From Methanomicrobiales archaeon (GTDB taxonomy: Archaea > Halobacteriota > Methanomicrobia > Methanomicrobiales > Methanospirillaceae): a DNA stretch of 28,991 bases. Made by a program: the position numbers and the translations under genes. The notes beneath the pieces were generated by a model. That model had not been told where the DNA came from, did no database searches, and saw only the letters and a program-made list of their open reading frames with translations. Positions 20,385 through 28,650 of the stretch are shown piece after piece. The stretch is from NCBI GenBank assembly GCA_037137755.1, contig JBAXJR010000030.1:1-28991 (forward strand), written 5' to 3'. How positions within the stretch are numbered: position 1 is the first letter of the stretch; each line of letters opens with the position of its first letter.

Positions 20385-20995
20385 TCTGGGTTGAAAACGT
20401 GCTGGTTTCACCGGGAGAAGGGGGTGTATACGGTGAACGGATGCTTAAGGAATTCCGTGTCTGGGACCCATACCGGAGCAAACTTGCGGCATATTACTAT
20501 CTTGGCGGGGTATTCGAACTTACACCGGACCTTGTCGTATTGTACCTTGGTGCTGCAAACGGTACAACCGTATCCCATGTTGCAGATTATGCAGGGACCG
20601 TGTATGCCATTGAATTTGCGCCACGGCCGATGCAGGACCTGGTGGCGGTTGCCCGCCGGAGAAACAATGTGGTGCCTTTGATGGCCGATGCAGCCCAGCC
20701 GGAACGGTATGCCCCGCTTCTCGAGGTCGCAGACCTTATCTACCAGGATATCGCCCAGCCGGAGCAGGTGACTATTGCAATACGCAACAGCATGTTCCTC
20801 AGGGAAGGCGGCAGGATGCTGATCATGCTGAAAACAAGGAGCATTGATACCGCTGAGGAACCGGGTGTGGTACTTGAACGTTCGGTGGCTGCACTTCAAT
20901 CGGCCGGGATCACGGTACTGGACACAAAATGGCTCGACCCGTATCACAGGGACCATTCTGCGATGTTATGCTCACCCGGCCCGGGATTAGTGTGA
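20381..20995 (+). CDS. flpA: Fibrillarin-like rRNA/tRNA 2'-O-methyltransferase
   Basis: WDPYRSKLAA, LYLGAANGTTVSHVAD, YQDIAQPEQ, LDPYHRDH; ATGA overlap with nop5. Confidence 0.95.
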   Translation: MIWVENVLVSPGEGGVYGERMLKEFRVWDPYRSKLAAYYYLGGVFELTPDLVVLYLGAANGTTVSHVADYAGTVYAIEFAPRPMQDLVAVARRRNNVVPLMADAAQPERYAPLLEVADLIYQDIAQPEQVTIAIRNSMFLREGGRMLIMLKTRSIDTAEEPGVVLERSVAALQSAGITVLDTKWLDPYHRDHSAMLCSPGPGLV

Positions 20996-21123
20996 GTTTA
21001 ACCGGCCAATTGATGTTTCATCAATTTTGGTCCCAGGTCTTTTTTTAAACCTGGCCTGGCTGACATGTCAGCTGCCGGAGCGGTTACCACGCACATGGGC
21101 TATAATGAAGTCGTCCTGCGAAA

Positions 21124-21171
21124 AGAGTAGCCCGGAGCAGATTCGAACTGCTGTCCCGAGATCCAGAGTCT
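21124..21171 (+). repeat. Left att site: 48-bp direct repeat containing the 3' half of tRNA-Gln(CTG)
   Basis: AGAGTAGCCCGGAGCAGATTCGAACTGCTGTCCCGAGATCCAGAGTCT is identical to 28937-28984. Confidence 0.97.
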
Positions 21172-22211
21172 GCGCGCATGCTTTGCATTTTCAATTAGCG
21201 CCGCAAATTGAGAAGATTGACCGCGTTGGGATCAGTGATAATGATAACCTCCATGATACGGTTGTATTCACGAAAGCAGAACTCGAATTATTCATAAATA
21301 TTAAATCAAGCGGATTATCAGAAAGATCCATCCAGGTTATCAGGCAGACAGCGGGATATATCTGGAATAATACTCATGGACAAATCAACCAGGTATCACT
21401 GCTTAAGCTATCGGAATTTTTTATTTCAACATATCCTCACCCATCAGCTCTCCACAAATGCTTCGTTTATACCCGGATGTTTTTGATGCATCTCTATAAG
21501 ATGAGAAGGGATGTCAGGCTTATGTCCTATCATTCGTTATTCGAGAAACCCAAAAACCGAAGGGGGGTTAAGATGCTAACTTCGAGGATAATCGTCACAG
21601 AAGATATACGGTCTATCTTGACCGCAATAGAAGAAAATAGAGAGCTGTCAGATGAAATTAAGGACAATTACACCAACCAGATTTTGTTCCTCGCGTATAG
21701 CGGACAGAGACCTGTTACAACTGGTAGATTGACCGTAACCCAGTTCAGAGAAGCACTTACTCAACAATATCCCGTTTTAAAGGTTGAATCAGACCAGGAT
21801 AAACTGCGCATGGAGCATTTAGTACCAATACACCCCACAATCATACCCGCTCTGGAAAAATTTATCGCAGAAAGACCCGGTGATGATACAATGTTCAAAT
21901 ACCTCTCCTTGCAGAGGTTTCTAAAAAATCATCCCGTCCTAATGAAACATACCAGGGGTTCTATCGAATTGAAAGACTTACGGAAGTTCTTCGAGCAGAA
22001 ATCAGATGAGGTGGGTTTCACGGATGCAAATAAGAATTTTATCATGTCTCACGGGTGTGGTTCTATAAATTGGCAGTCATACAAACAGTTTCTCCCCGAG
22101 ACATTATATCAGAACTACATATCGAAGTGGGGTGATGTGGACTTGTTGATTGGGGATAATAAGTCTTCACTTTTACTTGCGTGTCCAACAACCGCTAATA
22201 TTCTCACATAA
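21126..22211 (+). CDS. Tyrosine integrase C-terminal fragment, int(C), SSV1-type split integrase
   Basis: Frame runs through att (SSPEQIRTAVPRSRV). Catalytic-type motifs LAYSGQR, QDKLRMEH, KDLRKFF, MSHG and QSYKQF. Confidence 0.88.
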   Translation, partial: SSPEQIRTAVPRSRVCAHALHFQLAPQIEKIDRVGISDNDNLHDTVVFTKAELELFINIKSSGLSERSIQVIRQTAGYIWNNTHGQINQVSLLKLSEFFISTYPHPSALHKCFVYTRMFLMHLYKMRRDVRLMSYHSLFEKPKNRRGVKMLTSRIIVTEDIRSILTAIEENRELSDEIKDNYTNQILFLAYSGQRPVTTGRLTVTQFREALTQQYPVLKVESDQDKLRMEHLVPIHPTIIPALEKFIAERPGDDTMFKYLSLQRFLKNHPVLMKHTRGSIELKDLRKFFEQKSDEVGFTDANKNFIMSHGCGSINWQSYKQFLPETLYQNYISKWGDVDLLIGDNKSSLLLACPTTANILT

Positions 22212-22330
22212 CTTTTACGGCTATAATGGGTTCATATTAATGCAATATCTGTAATTATAATTTAATATTGCCATTTTAATAATATATTATCCATAGAGTT
22301 AAATTGTAGGTGCTACTATTATTATACATC

Positions 22331-22546
22331 ATGAGAAATATTAATTGTAATATACAAAGTAGCATATTGGATGAAATAGCAAAGTATCCCAGTGGTGCCG
22401 GATTAATGGTAATTGCCACACCATTTCTTGATCGCTATTCTGAAACTTCCTTAAGGTACAATATTAGGTTGCTTACATTGAAAGGAAAGATCCGATCGGA
22501 AAAGATTGTTGATCGCATCGTACTTTATCCCGTGAGTAGTGATTAG
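22331..22546 (+). CDS. Small winged-helix DNA-binding protein (possible regulator or excisionase)
   Basis: 71 aa from ATG 22331; SETSLRYNIRLLTLKGKIRSEKIVDRIVLYP has a wHTH recognition-helix/wing pattern. Confidence 0.6.
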   Translation: MRNINCNIQSSILDEIAKYPSGAGLMVIATPFLDRYSETSLRYNIRLLTLKGKIRSEKIVDRIVLYPVSSD

Positions 22547-22548
22547 GA

Positions 22549-22788
22549 ATGAGGCGTAATTCCAATGAATGGCATCCAGGGTATACCTTTGATCGTAATT
22601 ATGAAGAAGAGGATATTGTAATAAAAGATCCTTTTTTGAAAGACTGTTATAATGTCGATGCAACCTGTGAAGGGGAATGTAATCAGTGCAACTATAGATT
22701 CACCATCAAATGTGGTGTAACTTATAATTGGGAAAACTTATCAGTCACCTTTTCAGCAACCACTACAGCAACAAGGGGGTTAGGATGA
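22549..22788 (+). CDS. Small Cys-rich hypothetical protein
   Basis: 79 aa with Cys at 33, 40, 44, 47 and 55. Starts 2 nt after the upstream stop, and its stop overlaps the primase ATG (ATGA). Confidence 0.55.
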   Translation: MRRNSNEWHPGYTFDRNYEEEDIVIKDPFLKDCYNVDATCEGECNQCNYRFTIKCGVTYNWENLSVTFSATTTATRGLG

Positions 22789-25064
22789 TATTATCAACAT
22801 CGGCTCCTCGTGATAATTTTATTCCTAATATTACAATGGTTCCCGAGGAATTGAAGGGTCTTAAGCAATGGGTTTGCTATAATTATCCTGATAAAATCCC
22901 ATATAATCCAGTTACAAATCAGCGTGCCAAGAGTAACGATACTTCAACATGGGTTTCCTTTTACGATGCACTCACAGGAATTAAATCAGGAAAGTATAAT
23001 GGAATCGGATTCCAGCTCACCAAACCATACGTATGTATTGACTATGATCACGTTTACGATCCAGATACGGGCATAATCGACCGGGAAATTATCAAGGAAA
23101 TACAAAACCTCAACAGTTATACTGAAATCAGCCCATCCGGGCGAGGAATTCATGTTATAGTTAAGGGGGATATTCCTGTTAGAGGCAAGAAGAAAGGTAA
23201 TATTGAGATATATCAAGAAAAGCGTTACATCACGGTCACCGGAAATGTTGTAGAGGGGTTTCCGCTAATTATCAACGAAGCACAAGATCCATTAAATAAA
23301 CTCTTTCTCAAACGATTTGGAGAACTAAAGCCAGAATTATCTTACACGGGAAACAACTTTCAGACTTTATTGGATGAAGATGTTATTACAAGAGCATCTA
23401 CAGGACAATCCGGAATTAAATTTAAGCGGTTATGGCAGGGGGATATCACTGGATACACTACCGATTCAGAGGCAGATCAGGCCTTAATTAGTATATTATC
23501 CTGCATCACACAGGATGGAGAGCAGATTAAACGTATAATACTTGATTCTGGAATTAGGCGCGATAAATGGAATAGATCTGATTACCTTGATCGTTGTATC
23601 AATAAGGCGATTGCAACGGTTAATCTGCCAAATGGAGATAATTCAGAAGGAATTTACAATGAAGCGATTGGGATTCTTACACGTGGAAATCCTCTCGAAT
23701 ATATGACGAGTACATTCGCTTCAGATCACATTGGAGATCGGATTGCTGCTACTGATATGGCGTGTACATGTATCTCATCTGTAATTGCGAATAGTGAGGG
23801 CTTACATACCTTTCTTTCTGCGGAGTCAGGAGCTGGGAAAACTCACAGTGCCGATACCTTCATGAAACAGATTCCTGAAGAATGGAAGATGGTCGGTACA
23901 TTCAGTGATAAATACCTGTATTATGCTGGGGAAGCATCCAATGCCGGAGAACAATTACTCAAGCCGGGAATGGTTGTTGTTGTTGATGATCATACTTTCA
24001 ACGAAGGAGTTCAGGAAATCTTCAAGACCAGTATATCGCACTGGAAAGAAGGAATTGGATATGGTACCGTTAAGAACCAGGGGGCAAAACGGCTTTCTAT
24101 TCCTAAACGCATTTCGTGGATACTGATGAAAGTGGATGATCCTGGGGATGATCAGGTTATGAATCGGCTTAATCAGGTGCATATAGATGAGACGGAGGAA
24201 CAGCGGCAAAAGACTATAGATCTAATTAAACAGAAATACTCCGATGTAGTGAATCAGACAGTGGTTGAAGAGAGATATGAGGTTCGTGTATGCCGGGAAA
24301 TGTGGCGACTCCTAAAGGATCAGTTCATTTCTATAGATATACCCTGGGCCAAAGAGGTTAATTTTCAGGATAACAATTACCGCAATATCGAACGATTTTA
24401 TGCATTTGTTATGGCTAATTCCGCGTTGAATATGCATCAACGTCCTTTAATAGGAAAGAGTCAGGATGGTATTCCTGTTATACAAGCCGTGAAGGCTGAT
24501 TTTTTAGCCGCAAAAGAACATTATTCGGAGTTATTTAAAACCGGAGCGCAATCCTACAATCTGGTTACTAAGGAAAGTGCAGTTATTGAAGCCATATTGA
24601 AACTTAATCCACCCGATGGAAGATTCACGATTAAAGAAATTCAGCAGACCTGTAAATCTTTAGGCAATCCGATGAATGATCAGAGTATCAGACGCGCAAT
24701 CGGTGGTAGAAAGTCAAGTAAGGATTCAGAGGCATTGGGGGGGCTTATAAGAAAATGCCCTTATATCACATTGGTTGGGAATTCTACAACCTATGAAACT
24801 GAAGAAGATATCACGTATAAAGATGAGAACTCCCGGTGTATTGAAGTCAGAAAGCGCGGAAGCCAGAATCAAACAGAGTATTATGCAGATATCGATGCCT
24901 TACGTTTGTGGTATCGCCAGGGAGAACCCATGAGCATAAATCCCGATTATCAGTGGGTAGGGAGTGATACTTTACCGTGTTACCATTGCTTCTCCACATC
25001 TTTACCAAACAGGGGTAACAATACGAATCTCACAAATTCCCGAGTAGATTTACAAAATAACTAA
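22785..25064 (+). CDS. NrS-1-like primase-polymerase fused to a P-loop helicase (Rep)
   Basis: AEP prim-pol motifs QWVCY, GIGF, CIDYDHV, TEISPSGRGIH and EIYQEKRYITVTG; helix bundle DSEADQAL; Walker A AESGAGKT; Walker B VVVVDD. 759 aa from ATG 22785. Confidence 0.88.
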   Translation: MILSTSAPRDNFIPNITMVPEELKGLKQWVCYNYPDKIPYNPVTNQRAKSNDTSTWVSFYDALTGIKSGKYNGIGFQLTKPYVCIDYDHVYDPDTGIIDREIIKEIQNLNSYTEISPSGRGIHVIVKGDIPVRGKKKGNIEIYQEKRYITVTGNVVEGFPLIINEAQDPLNKLFLKRFGELKPELSYTGNNFQTLLDEDVITRASTGQSGIKFKRLWQGDITGYTTDSEADQALISILSCITQDGEQIKRIILDSGIRRDKWNRSDYLDRCINKAIATVNLPNGDNSEGIYNEAIGILTRGNPLEYMTSTFASDHIGDRIAATDMACTCISSVIANSEGLHTFLSAESGAGKTHSADTFMKQIPEEWKMVGTFSDKYLYYAGEASNAGEQLLKPGMVVVVDDHTFNEGVQEIFKTSISHWKEGIGYGTVKNQGAKRLSIPKRISWILMKVDDPGDDQVMNRLNQVHIDETEEQRQKTIDLIKQKYSDVVNQTVVEERYEVRVCREMWRLLKDQFISIDIPWAKEVNFQDNNYRNIERFYAFVMANSALNMHQRPLIGKSQDGIPVIQAVKADFLAAKEHYSELFKTGAQSYNLVTKESAVIEAILKLNPPDGRFTIKEIQQTCKSLGNPMNDQSIRRAIGGRKSSKDSEALGGLIRKCPYITLVGNSTTYETEEDITYKDENSRCIEVRKRGSQNQTEYYADIDALRLWYRQGEPMSINPDYQWVGSDTLPCYHCFSTSLPNRGNNTNLTNSRVDLQNN

Positions 25065-25279
25065 AATATAATAATATTTATTATTATTTATATAATTAAT
25101 TACCAATAATAAAATTGTGAGATATCCTATTATCCAATGGGGTTTTTCTCTTCAGTAAGTTTCTCATTATGTAAATTTGTGGTAAATGGTAAAACAAGAT
25201 TAGAATATCTGATTAACTGCGTTTATTTGCAGATCGCTAAAAATTGCATGGAGATATGGTTTTACCCACCAATGGTAAA
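24971..25279. other. Candidate replication origin: TTACC/GGTAA iterons around an AT-rich core
   Basis: TTACC copies at about 24971, 24980, 25001, 25100 and 25261; GGTAA copies at about 25014, 25180, 25187 and 25273; nearly pure A/T stretch at about 25055-25115. Confidence 0.55.
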
Positions 25280-25786
25280 GACGGGGAGCCAGACCTATCC
25301 ATTTATCAAAGATAGACCTAATTCTTATTTCGCTTACTTTTTCTTTTCTGATATTTTTGTATATATACTGATTTTCAGTAAATAATTGCAAAACAACGTT
25401 ACTTGTTTATACTTGGTTCAGTGAAACTGCAAAATCCTTTTTAAGGGTAGATTCTAGTTAAATCATATATACAATGCTTTTTTGATAAAATTGGTTCAGA
25501 CGACTAACAGGGGGTATTTTAAAAATCGGAGAGATGTGATGCGGTTGCTCCTGGCAGGCCGGAATAGATACCTATAACGGGTCAAACGGCGAGTCAGCAA
25601 TATAGGGGTTGACCATGTCATTCTTACCTAAACTGATCGAGATCAAGAAGTCAGACGGTAGCATAAATTTGCACTTAAACGAGTTTCCGACATTATTGGA
25701 GCTGCTCTTCGGTTTCGCTTGTTTAATGTGCTTGTGGACTTTTATAACGACAGGAAAATTCTATTAATTGCAAATTTGGTGATAAA

Positions 25787-27799
25787 ATGAAAAAAAGGCT
25801 GATTTTAATTCTTCTGGTAGGATTTGTAGTAATTTTGTTATACAATCCTGTATCAGCAATGGATATCACAGCGCCCGTCACGCTCTACGATGCCGGGTAC
25901 TATCGATTGATAAACGATGTTACAAATAATCCTGGGGATTGCATTGTTATCAAGGGTTCCAATATTGTTCTTGACGGGAATGGCCATACACTATCCGGAA
26001 CAGAGACTAATTCTGGGATCATTATAGATAATGGAGTAAATAATGAGATAAAAAATATTAAAATAAATAACTTTGAGAATGGGATTTTCATTCAAGGAGA
26101 TGGGGGTAACAAAAACCTCAAAATTGATAATTGCCAATTGAATTCTAATACACGCGGAATTTTGATGGATAATTTGATTGGTTTGGAAATTAGTAACAAT
26201 GATATAGAAAATAATGCAATTAGTGGAATAGAATCCGTTGCCGATGTTTATATCGGTTCAATAGTAATTTCAAACAATATATTAAAAAATAACAAAAATT
26301 TTGGTATTAACTTTCAACAGAATTCTTGGGTGATAAGAGGTGGACATACAATTGAAAGCAATGAAATATCCTATAGCGATACAGCAATCTTCATTTCCCG
26401 GAGTCAACCCAATAACTTAATACGAAACAACAAAATCCAGAATAATAATAAAGGATTATCAATATCGTTAGAAACCTACAACCCATCATCCGGTAATACG
26501 ATCGTTAATAACCTCTTTAATAATCCCGTAAATATCGTATCAGTAGGTGGAGCTAATACTTGGAATACCACAAAAACGCTTGGTAAAAATATCGTTGGAG
26601 GCCCATACCTCGGAGGGAACGCCTGGCTCCAGCCTGATGGAAAGGGTTTCTCGCAAATAACTCCTGACTCAAACAATGACGGCATCTGTGACGCTATCTA
26701 CATTATCGGAGCAGGAAATAAGGACAATTATCCACTGAGTGCAGCTCCTCCAACAATCGGTTTTTCTGCTCAACCCCGTTCCGGTACTGCACCACTCACT
26801 GTTACATTCACCCCGACAGGGGACGCAGGGTCAACATCGTGGTACTGGAACTTTGGCGATAGCAAATGGTCCGCCGAACATAACCCAATACATATCTTTG
26901 AAAATCCCGGATTATATTCGATAACCTATACCGTTAATATTGATAGCAAGCTATACACCACCCAGAAGATCAGTTATATTACTGTAACTGCGCCACCAAC
27001 TCCGACTCCGACACCTACTCCAACCCCCACACCTACCGCTTCGCCAACTCCCACCTCTTCACCAACGGTGACCCCGACAACTACACCTACCCCGACTCCG
27101 TCACCAACGATAACGTCTACACCTACAGCTTCGCCAACTCAAACTCCTTCTCCTACACCAACACCTGATCCCAGTGGGCCTCTGAAAGCAAACTTTATTG
27201 CTAACCCGAAGATGGGTACAGCGCCTCTAGTTGTAGCTTTCCAGGATATTTCCACGGGTAGTCCTACAAGTTGGTCCTGGACATTCGGGGATGGTTCAAC
27301 CTCAATTGAACAGAACCCCACCCATGCCTATTCCAAGACTGGCTTGTATTCGGTCAAATTAAAAGTATCGAACCCTTCGGGGACAAATGGCATTTCCCGC
27401 TCGAATTACATCGCGGTATCAAGTGGTCCGGTTCCTACGCCGACAGTCACACCAACTCCGACCCCCACACAGCCTCCTTCAAACTCGGTTATTGTTATTG
27501 ATCAAAGTTCTACAGGGGTAACACAGTCTGTTGATTCTATTGCCGTTTATTCTCCATTTGCAGTGACAAACAGGGGTGGGGCATCACTTATCTACACAGT
27601 TACTGAGTCGGCCTCCTGGCTCTCGATTTCGAGTGGTGGATCTGGGGCGGTATCTCCTAATGGAAATTCACCGGTTGGAGTCCAGGTAGATACCCACGGA
27701 TTATTGAAGGGGCATTCTTACTGGACGGTCGTCACCATTACCCATAACGACCCATTCCAGGATCCAATTCCAGTGATATTCCGGGTAATGGTCTCTTAA
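25787..27799 (+). CDS. Secreted surface protein: NosD/CASH beta-helix, PKD, PT linker, PKD, BACON-like domain
   Basis: Signal peptide MKKRLILILL...VSA; VLDGNGHTL and Asn-rich repeats; NIVGGPYLGGN; WYWNFGD and WSWTFGDG (PKD); TESASWLSIS (BACON-like). Confidence 0.85.
   Translation: MKKRLILILLVGFVVILLYNPVSAMDITAPVTLYDAGYYRLINDVTNNPGDCIVIKGSNIVLDGNGHTLSGTETNSGIIIDNGVNNEIKNIKINNFENGIFIQGDGGNKNLKIDNCQLNSNTRGILMDNLIGLEISNNDIENNAISGIESVADVYIGSIVISNNILKNNKNFGINFQQNSWVIRGGHTIESNEISYSDTAIFISRSQPNNLIRNNKIQNNNKGLSISLETYNPSSGNTIVNNLFNNPVNIVSVGGANTWNTTKTLGKNIVGGPYLGGNAWLQPDGKGFSQITPDSNNDGICDAIYIIGAGNKDNYPLSAAPPTIGFSAQPRSGTAPLTVTFTPTGDAGSTSWYWNFGDSKWSAEHNPIHIFENPGLYSITYTVNIDSKLYTTQKISYITVTAPPTPTPTPTPTPTPTASPTPTSSPTVTPTTTPTPTPSPTITSTPTASPTQTPSPTPTPDPSGPLKANFIANPKMGTAPLVVAFQDISTGSPTSWSWTFGDGSTSIEQNPTHAYSKTGLYSVKLKVSNPSGTNGISRSNYIAVSSGPVPTPTVTPTPTPTQPPSNSVIVIDQSSTGVTQSVDSIAVYSPFAVTNRGGASLIYTVTESASWLSISSGGSGAVSPNGNSPVGVQVDTHGLLKGHSYWTVVTITHNDPFQDPIPVIFRVMVS
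26993..27173 (+). repeat. Pro/Thr-rich low-complexity linker
   Basis: PPTPTPTPTPTPTPTASPTPT...PTPDP with varied synonymous codons. Confidence 0.85.
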
Positions 27800-27960
27800 T
27801 TACATCTATTTTTTATAAAATGGTCTGCACAATAGGAGCAATTGTGACAGCCATTAAAGAATAACATACCTTTTTCGTTACTTACGCTGAATGGAGAATT
27901 GTGGTAAATAAGGAAGAGGCAATAACCTAGAAGAAGAACAATGAAAGGATTGGTTGAAAA

Positions 27961-28440
27961 GTGCCTACTAATAATTGCTATAAAATTGAAAATCACGTTT
28001 ATAAACTCCTAAACATTTCGAGAAGTCAGCATCATGTTAAAAAGATGAAGCGTATTGATTCAATGTGTGCCAGTGCCCGAAAACATTCCTCGTGGATGGC
28101 AAAAACAGGTAATTTTGTTCATTCTAATTGGGGTTTCGAGAATATTGCATGGATCATACATCCAGGTTTATCAGATTATGCAATAGCTAAACATTTTCAT
28201 AACCAATGGATGAATAGTCCTGATCATAGAGCGAATATTCTTCATATGTCCAATAATCAGGTTGGGATAGGTGTTGTTAAAAAGGGGACTAAATTTTATG
28301 CTACCCAACAATTCAGTCACGGGAGCGTTTCTAACCAATTACCCAATAAAATAAAAAATCAATCAGACTCTTATTGGTTATATGTGACGATGATTGTCGT
28401 TGTCTTGTTTTTCATATTATTTGTATACATAATATCATGA
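27961..28440 (+). CDS. CAP/SCP-domain protein with C-terminal TM helix
   Basis: ARKHSSWMA, ENIAW, WMNSPDHRANIL, VGIGV and YATQQF; hydrophobic C-terminal tail. Confidence 0.85.
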   Translation: MPTNNCYKIENHVYKLLNISRSQHHVKKMKRIDSMCASARKHSSWMAKTGNFVHSNWGFENIAWIIHPGLSDYAIAKHFHNQWMNSPDHRANILHMSNNQVGIGVVKKGTKFYATQQFSHGSVSNQLPNKIKNQSDSYWLYVTMIVVVLFFILFVYIIS

Positions 28441-28650
28441 GATGGGAATCCTGTAGCGCGGCAAGGATAGCGGGGTATTAAGGCACGATGTATTAGTGTG
28501 TCAGGATTTATCATAGATTGTTATGGGTGCGTGATATTGTGTAAGTAATACACTCTCTTTTCTCTTAATCTGTGAGACAAAACGCGGTGATCGCACTTAC
28601 ACCAGTGCGTGGCAAATCTTTATGAGTTTTGACTGGTTTAAACTGCAATT

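Noticed and set aside
18194-20956. Long alternative-frame ORFs (18194-18925, 18680-19492, 19724-20335, 20408-20956)
   Set aside because: Antisense or off-frame shadows of well-supported genes in GC-rich coding DNA.
21008-21054. Inverted repeats AATTGATG-TTT-CATCAATT and CCAGGT...ACCTGG as element ends
   Set aside because: They lie outside att and are better explained as terminator-like sequence between convergent fibrillarin and the original tRNA-Gln 3' end.
21124-21171. A second tRNA-Gln gene
   Set aside because: Only the 3' half is present. The anticodon stem is broken at 21172 and there is no D arm or 5' acceptor strand.
21027-22211. Treating the 394-aa ORF as an intact integrase starting at TTG 21027
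   Set aside because: Its first 33 codons are essentially host flank outside att. The natural N-terminus is at 28651.
25137-25391. ORFs 25137-25385 (+) and 25200-25391 (-)
   Set aside because: F/Y/I-rich translations typical of AT-rich non-coding DNA; they overlap the candidate origin.
26993-27173. CRISPR array or DNA tandem repeat
   Set aside because: It is a coding Pro/Thr linker with degenerate codons. No repeat-spacer structure was seen anywhere in the window.
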